A stretch of DNA of 64,000 bases, taken from NCBI GenBank assembly GCA_951406725.2, contig OX597822.1, positions 19,592,001 through 19,656,000 of the forward strand. The letters run 5' to 3'. A model generated the notes under the pieces. The model was given only the letters and a program-made list of their open reading frames with translations. It did no database searches and had not been told where the DNA came from. The position numbers and the translations under genes were made by a program. This DNA is from Octopus vulgaris. Its lineage: Eukaryota. The first letter of the stretch is position 1. Every line of letters starts with the position of its first letter. Below are positions 11,883-23,691 of this stretch, one piece after another.

Positions 11883-13512
11883 GGTTTTCTATCTATCTAT
11901 CTTCTGCTGCTACAGATGCCTCCTCTGCTACTGGCAAAACCATCACCACTACCACCACCAGTGTCAACGACAAAAACAAATCCAACTTTGCCGAAGCCCT
12001 AAAACAAAAGAAAACTACATTACATTTCACTATGGAACAAATAAAACAAAGTCCCTATTAACCCAACAAGGCTCGAACTTACAACTTGACATACCACAAA
12101 ATGTCATAGACACCATACAAAAAAGAACCATAGTTTACAAAGTAATTAACACAAAAATACACAGACCAGAGCAAACGTCACCGGAACTAATAGAACAATG
12201 TTTGTGTTCGATATGGACATACAAAACTATGTGAACTGGTGGAACAAATACACGACAATACAAGTTCACTTCAGCAGCGAAGAAAAAGCAAAAGAACTTT
12301 CAACACTCACCCTACAGTCTGAAAAATTAATTTTGGTCCCAACCTACCTTGGACAATGCGTGACCAAAATAGCCATAAAAAATGTCCCTCTGGAAGTAGA
12401 ACCACAATGGCTGTTATCCGCCAATTGTTACTATATGGAGGAGAGCACAAATATAAACATCCTAAAGTTTTCTGCCTTAGAGCAGCAAAACTGGTCTGGT
12501 AAAACAATCCAGGCCTTGTTGCAAATAAACCAAAATTCAATCAACACTATCCCACATCAAATTGAGCTGCCAAATGGCCATAACCTATACGTGATGGTGG
12601 AAGGTAGGAGGCCTTGATGTTACGCATGTGGAAGCGAAGAGCACTTCAAAACTAAGTGCCCAACAGCAATGAAATAACAAAAACAGCAAGAAAAAGACCA
12701 ACAACAACTACAACAAGGAAAAATCAAAAGGAAAAAAGAACCCTTACTACCCACACTACCACCAACACAGAAGACAAGCAAAAGGAGTACAACAAAAGAA
12801 ACACGCAAACCAAATATGCCAACGCCAACAAATTAACATACACCAACACCTGGAAAAACGCCAACAAAACAACAACTAAAGAAATAAAAAAACCAAAAGA
12901 AAACACAAAAACTTATAATACCCTTTCCCCTATATCACATACACCACACAACCAGCCAACAACCAACATCAATGAAAACAGCAACACAACCACTTACACA
13001 AACAATCATAGAAGCTTACAACATGCCCCTACCCCCATCCGATTCCTCAGAAATTTCATCAGAAGACAAAACCAGTGAGGAATGGCAAATAGCCAGAAAA
13101 GGAAAGAGGAACAGGAGCAAAAAAAACAACCAAACCAAATGCAAACGCAAACAAAGCAGGGGGATATACATCTCCTGAAGACATTTTGAAACCTACCACA
13201 AACAACAGCAACACCAACACCACAAAAATATATAGAGCAAACTGAAAGAAGCCCATCATATATATGTATGTATATATATATGTATGTATGTATGTGTGTG
13301 TATATGTTTGTGTCGGTGTTTCTCCCCCCAACATCGCTTGACAACCGACGATGGTGTGTTTACATCCCCGTAACTTAGTGGTTCGGTAAAAGAGACTGAT
13401 AGAATAAGTACTAGGCTTACAAAGAATAAGTCCTGTGGTCGATTTGTTCAAATAAAGGCAGTGCTCCAGCATGGCCACAGTCAAATGACTGAAACAAGTA
13501 AAAGAGTAAAAT
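11383..13512 (+). mobile_element. CORE-like SINE (tail B) split by a nested insertion
   Basis: Head/body at 11383-11525, remainder at 13239-13512; 19-bp duplication at the junctions. Confidence 0.7.
11526..13238 (+). mobile_element. Tx1/L1-like ORF1 (gag-like, CCHC knuckle) remnant preceded by (TCTA)n
   Basis: ORF 12198-12617 continues past a stop into CYACGSEEHFKTKCP (C-x2-C-x4-H-x4-C); strong A/C strand bias; no ORF2. Confidence 0.6.
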
Positions 13513-13547
13513 AGTCTATATATAATATATATAAGATGTATATATAT

Positions 13548-15747
13548 ATCATCATCATCATCATCAACATCGTTTAACGTCCGTTCTCCATGCTAGCATG
13601 GGTTGGACAGTTCGACCGGGGATCTGGGTTGCCAGAAGGCTGCACCAGGCTCCGGTCTTCTCTGGCAATGTTTCTACAGCTGGATGCCCTTCCTAACGCC
13701 AACCACTCCGTGAGTGTAGTGGGTGCTTTTTACGTGCCACCTGCACTGGTGCCAGGTGAGGCTGGCATCGACCACAGTCGGATTGGTGCTTTTTACATGC
13801 CACCGACACGGAAGCCAGTCGAGGTGGCGCTGGCATCGTCCATGATTCAGATAGTGCTTTTTACGTATCTCCAGTCCAGGGGTCCTGGCATCTGCCGGGT
13901 GCCAGTCATAGGATTGGTTCAATTTCGATTCCGATTTCACTTGTCCCAACAGGTCTTCGCAAGCAAAGGGGGGTTGGCATAGGTGCCTGTCGTTGGATGA
14001 GGTTCGATATCGACTTCGCTTGCCTCAACAGGTCTTTGTGTCCAAGGGAGGAAAGGCATGCATAAGTGGGCTGGACTCACTTGTCCTGCCTGGTCTTCTC
14101 ACGCACAGCATATTTCCAAAGGTCTTGGTCGCTGGTCATTTCTTCAGTGAGACCTAAAGTTCGAAGGTCGTGCTTCACCACCTCGTCCCAGGTTTTCCTG
14201 GGTCTACCTCTTCCACAGGTTCCCTCAACTGCTAGGGATTGACACTTTTTCACACACCTATCTTCATACATTCTCGCCACATGACCATACCAGCGCAATC
14301 GTCTCTCTTGCACACCACAACTGATGCTTCTTAGGTCCAACATTTCTCTCAGGGTACTAACGCTCTGTCGAGTATGCACACTGACATTACACATCCATCG
14401 GAGCATACTGGCTTCATTCCTCGCGAGCTTACGCATGTCCTCAGCAGTCACGGCCCATGTTTCATTGCCATGTAGCATGGCTGTTCGTACACATGCATCA
14501 TACAGTCTGCCTTTTATTCTGAGCGAGAGGCCTTTAGTCACCAGCAGAGGTAAGAGCTCCCTAAACTTTGCCCAGGCTATTCTTACTCTAGCAGTTACAC
14601 TTTCAGCACACCCACCCCCACTACTGACTTGGTCACCTAGATAACGGAAGCTATCAACTACTTCTAGTTTTTCCCCCTGGAAAGTGACGGAAGTTGTTTT
14701 CTGCAGATTTTCAGAGGTTAATGCTCCCGAGCATCTGCCACATACAAAAACTATCTTCCCAGTTAGCCTTCCTTTTACATTGCTGCACCTCTTATGTGTC
14801 CATAGCTTACACTGGGTACATCTTATAGAGTTTCTACCTACACCTTTTTTACAGATCGAGCAGGGCCATCTTTCTGAAGACATTTGTGGATTGTCTACCT
14901 TCCTACTTATTAGGACTTTGGTTTTAGCTAGGTTGACTCTAAGGCCCCTCGATTCTAAACCCTCCTTCCACACCTGGAACTTCTCCTCCAGTTCTGATAG
15001 TGACTCAGCAATTAGAGCAAGGTCGTCAGCATATAGGAGCTCCCAGGGGCAACCTGTCTTGAATTCCTCCGTAATTGCCTGGAGGACTATGATAAATAGG
15101 AGGGGGATGAGTACTGAACCCTGGTGGACCCCAACCTCTACTTTGAATTCTTCTGTGTACATGTTGCTAACCCTAACCTTACTTACAGCATCCCTGTACA
15201 TGGCTTGCACAGCCCTCACCAGCCATTCATCTATCCCTAGTTTCCTCATTGACCACCAGATAAGGGATCGGGGGACCCTGTCAAAGGCTTTCTCCATGTC
15301 AACGAAAGCCAGGTACAGGGGCTTATCTTTGGCTAGGTATTTCTCCTGCAGCTGTCTCACCAGAAATATGGCATCAGTGGTGCTTTTCCCTAGCATGAAA
15401 CCAAACTGCATTTCGTCCAAGTTGACTCTCTCCCTAATCAGTTGGGCTATGACCCTCTCTGTAACCTTCATCACCTGATCCAACAGCTTGATACCTCTGT
15501 AATTATTTGTATCTAGGGCGTCTCCTTTACCTTTGTAGCAGTTGACTTGTATGCTGCTACACCAGTCATTGGGTATGACTCCTTCGTGTATCACCTGGTT
15601 AATTATACGGGTGACTAGGTTATAGCCGACACTGCCAGATATTTTGAGCATCTCTGCAGTAATTCCTGATGGGCCTGGGGCTTTCCCTGTCTTCATGCTT
15701 CTAATTGCTTTAACTACCAAAGAATTGTCAACTCGGATGGCTGGTCC
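13548..15747 (-). mobile_element. RTE LINE family A, 5'-truncated, uninterrupted 547-aa RT ORF
   Basis: ORF 14077-15720 with KAPGPSG, NYRGIKLL, DMEKAFD, GVHQGS, LYADD; 3' UTR and (GAT)n tail. Confidence 0.95.
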
Positions 15748-15773
15748 GATGAATATATATATATATATGATAA

Positions 15774-15812
<39 letters not shown>

Positions 15813-16165
15813 AAATATATATATTTCACAAGCAGGCTGTTCTTCCGATCAAATTAAGTGAAACCCTCATCAACGTACCTTGATTGATTGGTTGGTTGAT
15901 TGGCTGGTTGGTTGGTTGGTTGGCTGGTTGATTGATTGAGTGATTGATTGATAGATAGATAGATACATAGATAGATTTCTTTATTGGCCATGCAGGGCTG
16001 AACATAGAAGGGACAAAATACAAAATAGAGCCTTTTTTGAAACATTCACTAGACAAAACTTCCCTCTCTACTCTCACCTTCCTCTTCAGTGGGACCAAGC
16101 CCGGAACTATGTGGTTTGTAAGCAAGCTACTTACCACACAGCCACTCCTATATATATATATATTA

Positions 16166-16703
16166 TATATAGGGTATTAAATTTTTACAAATTTACTACC
16201 AGTGGCCTAGCATGCATAAAAAGTCAGTAGATAACATTATTCAATATAAAATAGTGTACATTTAAACACAAAGGGATATTACCTATAACGGGCAATTTCT
16301 ACATCCTAGGAGATAGTCAAAATGACCGAAGACCACAAAACAATTTAAGCAATTTCAAAGGGAATGAAAAATAAAAACTTTTACCTTGTTTTTACGGCTA
16401 TACCTATAGGTTTCAGATTTTTTTAGTAAATAAAATAAAATAATTTAATTTACCAGGCAAATCCTCTTCAGTAACCGAGCCATCTAAGACTAACCTATAA
16501 TTATGAGACTGATAGCACATGTCTCATCTCTATACATTATAATTTTTTCAAAATCCACTATGCAAGCGTAGTTTCAGTCGGCAGAAAATGAAGAATGCCG
16601 AAACGAACTTTGAAAAGCTAATATCGATACTGAGATATCTATATAGGGTATTAAATTGTAGAAATTGCCCGTTATAGGTAATTTCTCTTTGTGTTTAAAT
16701 GTA
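16166..16703 (-). mobile_element. Non-autonomous Penelope-like element with hammerhead motif
   Basis: 16257-16303 is inverted at about 16657-16703; terminal motif ATACCCTATA next to (TA)n; contains a hammerhead. Confidence 0.7.
16395..16477 (-). ncRNA. Type I hammerhead ribozyme motif
   Basis: CGGUUA-CUGAAGA-GGAUU-[40 nt]-AAUCU-GAAAC-CUAUAG-GUA-UAGCCG; 6-bp stem I, palindromic stem III. Confidence 0.8.
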
Positions 16704-17716
16704 TTTACATATGTAAAACATGTATTTTATTGTGGCAAGTGGAGAAGGTTAAGTGTCTTAGGGCTGTATTCATGAGTGATTGCATGTAGGGGCCTGAATT
16801 GGATGCTAGAATTGGTGGTGCTGGCACAATATTGTGCCAACTTTAGCATTCAGTATGCAGCAGAGGAGAAGTTGGTAAAAAAGTTAAACTTGCTATCTTC
16901 AGTTTTGTTTTTGTGTCTCTTCTCACCTATGGTCATGAATATTGGGTAATAGTTGAAAGAGTACAATCACAATTACTAACAGCTGAAATGAGGTCTCTGG
17001 TCTAATGTTACTTGACAGGGTAGTAACTGAATGGTTAGGGTTAGGGTAACCAGCTTGTGTAAATAATGAGTTCTACTTGAATGGTGGATAGCTAGTGTAA
17101 ACAATGGGTGGTAGTTGAATTGGGGGTCATCATCATTTAATGTCCATTTTCCATGCTGACATGAGTAGGATGGTTGACGGAAATCAACAAGCTGGATGCC
17201 TTTCCTAATGCCAACTACTTTACATAGGCTATTGGATGCTTATTTCATGATACTGATACTAGGGAGAGGGAAAGAGAAGCCTCCTTAATCCAGTGGGGTT
17301 GTAGTAGAGGAGGAGGTGGTTTTATACCAGGTGTTGAGAGGGTAAATTATGATAGAGTGACAGGCACATGCATCTTGCTTCAGACGAAATAAATGGTTAC
17401 CTTTCATTGCATATGGTTGGGTTAGGAGTACTAGGAAAGAAGACAATGATGGCGAGTTGCTAGTGTAAATAATGTGTAATATGTGAATAGTGGACAGCTA
17501 GTGTAAATAATGGATACACAACATATATAACAGGACTTGGTGCAGAATGACAAGAAGGCAGAAGATGAGAAAAGAAGCCAAAATGTCCATGATATAGTTT
17601 TTGGAACTTTAAAAGTGGATTTCATGAAATAATTAACTTTTCTACATCCAATGTAAAGGAGCAAAGGTAATACTTAAAATTCACTCAACCAATCTATTGA
17701 TTTTTATTTTCTTCAG

Positions 17717-17975
17717 TTACAGAGCAGAAGTGCCAGATAATGAAGAAATAGCTGTTAACTGGGCAAATTACCAGTTGGAGAAAGCAGCAGGTCTCAATGG
17801 CAACAACACCCTAAAGGAGATCTCATCACAGAAGAGTGTCAATGGTGCCAAAAAAGAAACTACTCTCTTAAAGTCAGTCATCAAAAAACTTGAAATGGAA
17901 TTGTTGAAAGAGAAGACGCTGCATCAGCGCATTGTTCGCAAGAAAACTCAAGAACTTTGTGAGTTGCAACAAGAG
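17717..17975 (+). CDS. CCDC61: CCDC61 exon (coiled coil, YRAEVPD..ELCELQQE)
   Basis: ttcttcag acceptor, GTATTC donor, open frame, heptad-like composition, phases fit. Confidence 0.88.
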
Positions 17976-19558
17976 GTATTCATTAGTGAATTTTATTTTT
18001 ATTGTCATTTTCTGAAGTATGCATTCACTAAAATATCTTCTTTAAGTGGTTGCAACTGTGATGCATTTCAGAATGTTATGTCAGGATTCTGGCCTGGAGT
18101 GTTTTAAGAAACTTCAAAGCATTTAGTAATTGAGTAATTAAAAGTCGATTAGGTTAGCTTTCTTTGGAATATGTGTTGAGAGTATGTCTCTCTATGGAGT
18201 AAAAACCTAGACTGTGAAGAAGGTACTTGATACTATGTACACAAGGATTCTTGTGAAGGCATATGACTAAAGGGGAGATTTATTGACACATTCCACCAAT
18301 GTACTATTATTGGTCAATTCAGGGTTAGCTTTGCTGGCCAATGCTGTCATCAGGCCATATCAGAAGTTGTATTTTGGAGACTTCCACTCTCATCTGGAAG
18401 ATGAGAAACTACATTGATGTTATTGGCAGGCATGCACTACATGAAATTGAAGTCCTACCAAATCTAATGGGGGACAGATTCACTAATGTATATTATACAT
18501 TCACTTAGTTTTTCTGGTTTTTTAAAAAAAATTTTTTTAATGAATTTTGCTAATTTTTAATAATTACAATTTGTAAAAAAATATTGTCATTGATATGGCA
18601 TAGTAAACTCATTATTTTAACATCCACTTTTCTCTGCTGGGTATGGTAGTTGGATGGGACTTTTTCAGGCAATGTTTTACAGATGGATGCTTTTCCTGAT
18701 ACCAGCTATTTTACTCACTTCTGATGACATGCAATGATATGGTGTACTTATTCTAGTAGCCAAGATAATCATCAACATCATCGTTGTCATTGTTATAATG
18801 TCCACTTTTTCCTGTTTGTATTGATCTGACAATTCATTGAAGCAGATTTTCTGTCAGATACTCTTTCTTTTGTCAACTCTTGTTTCCAAGTAAGGTGATA
18901 TTTTCCCATGACTGGCGATGTTTTCATGAAAAGAATGACCCAGTTTGTATGATAGTAACACTCATTTCCAACTGCCATGCAATATCAAATTGAGGAGACA
19001 GAAACACTTGCAGTTTAGCAAACGAGAATGATAACATGAGCACCACAACTTAATAAATAAGTTCTAGGGTTGATTCATTTGACTAAAAATTCCTCAAGGC
19101 AGGATGGCCACAGTTTAATGACTGAAACAAGTAAAAGATAGAATATACAGAAAGTAACAGAAAACCTGATAGCTTTATACTAAACTTTTTTTGCTAATTG
19201 TTTTTTTGTGTCTGTGTAGTTGTGAGCAGACACAAACATTCTCTTGGAGCTTCCCAGCTTTGGTCCAGTGGAACATCAATGATGTGATGGCTAGAGAGAG
19301 AGTGGAAGGCAACTACAATTCAGGAGTGGTACTAATTTTCCGCTGAGTAGGTTGGGTCTGCAAGAAACGTTGTACTTTATCCAAGGACACAACATGCCAC
19401 ACAGTTCAGGAATTGAACCCATGATCTTAAAACTCTGATCCCAACACTCTTACCACTAGGCCACACAATCTTACATTTCTGTTATCTTACAGAACAATAA
19501 ATGTATTGACCTCTATCATAATTTCATTTAATATCTGTTTATCTTGATGAAATATATG

Positions 19559-19699
19559 TAGGTGTAGATGTAACTTTGTGGTATGAAGTTAGGTTCAATC
19601 TGTGTGGCACCTTGGACAGGTGTCTTCTACTACTGTAGCCCTGGGTCAAGCAAAGCCTTGTTTGTGGATTTAATAGACAGAAACTGAAAGAAGCCTACC

Positions 19700-19733
<34 letters not shown>

Positions 19734-19965
19734 ATGTTTTACTATGTTGTTGCCTTGACATTGTATGATAGGCGTAAAGAAATGCAAGCGGTGTCATTCA
19801 TTTCCAGTCTTCCATGAAAACATGTAGTTATTGTGGAATATTGCTTTACTCGGAAACAAGTAAAGGTTGGTGACAAGAAATACATCCAGCCATAGACAAC
19901 CTGCCTCAATAAAATTCTGCCTGACCTATGTGAGCCTGGAGCGGTAGGTGTTAAAGCGATGATGA
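19559..19965 (+). mobile_element. CORE-like SINE with tail A
   Basis: Same head, hinge and tail as 185-600. Confidence 0.7.
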
Positions 19966-21110
19966 TCAGTCTCTTTCCCCTTCTTTCCTCCCTTCTTCCC
20001 TATCTCCCTCCCTCTGCCACCTCCCTGTGTGTGTGTGTGTATGTTAATCTGGTGACCCAAGCAGACATTTCTCTGTATTAGTTTTATAATTGTGACGTAA
20101 TATGTTCACTAGAGCATATGTGACTTGAATTAAGGTTTTGTGGCTGGAATGCCTTGCCCATCTAACACCACATTCAGTGTGTAGAATAACAATAATTAAT
20201 TCATGCAATAAATATAGAGTTACTCCAAAATATGTGGAATATCTATGTTCTGTAATTTATGCAATCCACGTCATTAGTGCATAGTAATATAATGATTGTA
20301 GCAATTATATAAAGTTTGTAGTTATAGTATTAGCAGTGTTTGTTTATACCTTCTGTTTTCATGTTTTACACATTGTTGTTTTCCATGAATAAAGAGAGAT
20401 CATTAATTCAGACTTACAACTAAGAACTTGTAGCTTTCCACACTAAACTTGCTATTTCTGTTAGTTAAATTTGTAAGTTGAAGCCATTTTCATTACCAAC
20501 AAAATTACTGTTGTGGGATTGTAGTCTCTGCCTTTCTCCCCACCCCCCATTTTCTCTCCCATATAAGTATGTATGCTTGCTTGCTTGAATTTCTCAGCAA
20601 TGGATGGAGAAAGAGCTAGTTTCTCACCAAGAAACAAAGCTCTTTCATTGGAATTTAGACGGCATCAACAGAGTAGTCTTGTGTGTGTGTATGTATGTTT
20701 GTATATCTGTGTATCTGTGTATGTTTGTATATCTGTTTATCTCACTCCATATCTATATCTATCTGCCTGTCTGTCTCTCTGTGTCTATCTATCTCTATCT
20801 CTCACTCTCTCTATATATCTATCTGCCTGTCTGTCTCTCTGTGTCTATCTATCTCTCACTCTCTCTACATATCTATCTGCCTGTCTGTCTCTCTGTGTCT
20901 ATCTATCTCTATCTCTCACTCTCTCTATATATCTATCTGACCCGTCTGTCTCTGTTTTTTTCTCTCTCTATCTATCTTTCTATATCTATTTTTCTCACTC
21001 TCTATTTCACTCTCACTCATTCTATCTCACTCTCTACCTGTGTATATCTCTATTTATTTATCTATCTATCTCTCCATCTATCTGCTTATCTTTCTCTCTC
21101 TTCTGTTCAC

Positions 21111-21141
<31 letters not shown>

Positions 21142-21542
21142 ATCAATGCTTAACAAGTACAATTCACAACTAGAAGGTACCAGGTTTCATTTCACTCTGT
21201 CACATGTTGGGCAAATGTTATTCTAAAGCTTGCTGAATACACTTGAAACATTAAATTTGAACAGCCATGTATTTCAGAATGGCCACCATGATAGTGTCCA
21301 AATGGTCCACTGAAGTCACCGATGAAGAAAATGATGTTGCTCATATCTACACAATTAAATTGTAGTTCTTCATAAATGTTCATATTTAAGGTTCATGAAA
21401 CTCCTGATTTGTTTTTTATTCAGTTTTATAAATTGATATTTTATATACGGTACAGTTGCTGTCAATATATGAAATGAGGGAGAGTGAGGGAAAGAGGGAA
21501 TGGGGAGATTACTAAATCTTTCCCCTTGTTCTCTTTATTTAG

Positions 21543-21622
21543 GTGAGGCAGCTTCGATCATCTGAACGACAGCTTAGAATACGAGTGAAGTCATTGACAA
21601 ATGAACTAGCTGTTTATAAGAG
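21543..21622 (+). CDS. CCDC61: CCDC61 exon (VRQLRSSERQLRIRVKSLTNELAVYKR)
   Basis: tttag acceptor, GTACTT donor; resembles recalled CCDC61 SERSLRARLKTLTSELALYKR. Confidence 0.92.
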
Positions 21623-21949
21623 GTACTTTAATGTTAGTTTACTGCTGTTTCTTAACTCTTAATATCCTGTCACATGTTGGGCAAATGTTATTCTAAAGCT
21701 TGCTGAATACAATTGAAACATTTTCTAAGTCAAAAGCTAAGTTCTGTAATGACTGAACAGAAAATATTTAAAAATAGGTTTGTTTATTCAAATGTTTATA
21801 ATGTTAGATTATTGTGAAAATTGGAATTATCACAGAGAAGACTTAGTATTTTTTGTTAACAATCATTTAGGCTTGGTGGTGTGGAAGAGGATATTTAAAA
21901 AGAAATTTATCTTGTGTATATAGTTTTTAGTTGGATGCAAAATAGACAG

Positions 21950-23460
21950 CATATGTGGAGACTTTTTATTTACTTTTCAGCTTTGATGGTACTTTAAGAA
22001 GTACCCCAACAGAAAAAGTGAATTCAGCAAAGTTGGTAGAGATCCTTTTAGCAAGTGACCAGAAGGAATAGCTACAATTTGGGAAATGGGAGAGATTGTG
22101 GGTTGTATAATGAATGGAGAAGTTCCTTGCATTTTGAATGATGGTTTTGCAGGAATTGTGGGGCTGAGTAAAAGCTCTTGAATTTGTAGGTGGTGGGGTT
22201 TCTTTCTGCATTTTAGGACATATCCTTTACTTGAACTGCTGCAGCTAAGTCACGAGTCAACCATGTTTGGGACTTGGGCCTGTAAGTTTTGGTTGTGTAT
22301 GGAAAATAGAGGATCTTGCTCTAGAAGATGATTTCACATACATGCTTAGCTGTCTCTGATGGATCAGCAGTGAGGCATATCCTAGGATAGTTAACTTAAA
22401 ACTGGCAGAGGTACAACCAGTCAGCTGACTTGAATGAAAGAGGGTCGAGTATCTGTGTGGTGGTGGGGAATTTGGGAGGTATGTGAATGTATGGTGGGTA
22501 ATCCTGATAAGGCAGTGGTTGGATATTCAATTCTTGCAGAGATATGTATGGTTTGGTAGCAGTTAGGTTTGGAGGTTAGGAAAGCAATCTCGTGTCTATA
22601 TGTTGTGTGTGTCAGTCAGTGATGGGTGTAAGAAACATGGTTTATTAATTTAAAGAGGTCTATGGTGTTTGTGTGTTGGTCAGTGATGTGTGTAGGGGAT
22701 GAAACGAGGTTGATGTATAGAATTAATGTGTTAGTGAAAGTTTCAGTTTCTGCAGTATAGCAGTATAAGCTGTGAGCATTGAAGTCATGGAAGTTGATGA
22801 GTTCAGAGAGAGAGAGAGAGAGAGAAAAAGAGAGAGAAAAAGAGAGAGAGAGAGAGAGTGAGAGAGAGAAAGAGAGAGAGAGAACGGTGAAGTGAAGTGA
22901 AGTGAGAAAGGCTTCCTCAGTATAGGAAGTGGCATGGTTGTAGAATTAGTAGTAGTTAGAGAAATCTAGAGAGCAAATGAGGAAGCAGATTTATTTAGAT
23001 GAAGAGACACCTTGAGCCAGAGTAAATGGAAGTCTTTACGGTTGATATCTAAGTGAGAGAGAGCCATGTGATAGGTGAGTGAAATCTATATATGCACTGA
23101 CACAATCTTTTGGAGTGAAATTTGAATACAGTGTGTCACCTGGAGAGCAGACACAGAGCATGGGTAAGGGTTGAAAAACTGTACCTTGGAGAAGAATCAT
23201 ACATATGGTTTACAAGTTAGTAAGGGGTAATGTGATAGTGAAGGGGTTCAAGTTCTTTTGGAATTTATGAATGTTAGAAGAGAGGAAGAAAAATGACCAA
23301 GTCTGGTTAGTTTTAGCTTTAGGAATCTAGTAATGTGTAACGGGTGTTAATGTCCTGTGAGGCCAGGATGACTCACTGCTGGGAGCCTGGTTTGGATGCT
23401 CGTAAAGGTACCTGTCCATGTGAGGAGTTTTAAATTGGGTGGTTAGATGTGGCTACCACT
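21950..23460 (-). mobile_element. Decayed CR1/Jockey-group LINE (endonuclease to RT linker)
   Basis: Minus-strand peptides FKSADW and SFWSLAKRISTNF; strong purine bias on +; many stops. Confidence 0.45.
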
Positions 23461-23691
23461 CCAAAAGTTAATAAAGTGGAGTGGCTGTCTATGCTATATA
23501 CAACAACATTACATTAGACAAATGATGAGTTTGTGTGTAAACATACCCAGGTACATGCATACACATAACATCCATATGCATGTATGTGTTTGTGTGTGCA
23601 TACATCATACATACATACATACATACATACATACACACATACACACATAAACACACACACACACACATACACACACACACACACACACACA

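Noticed and set aside
10267-12061. Long YI- and LSIY-rich ORFs (also 20573-21226)
   Set aside because: Translations of microsatellites
14324-15478. Long + strand ORFs opposite the RT (also 32898-34391)
   Set aside because: Antisense shadows of the LINE ORF with no independent coding signal
17035-17046. Telomeric TTAGGG repeat
   Set aside because: Only two units; compatible with chance
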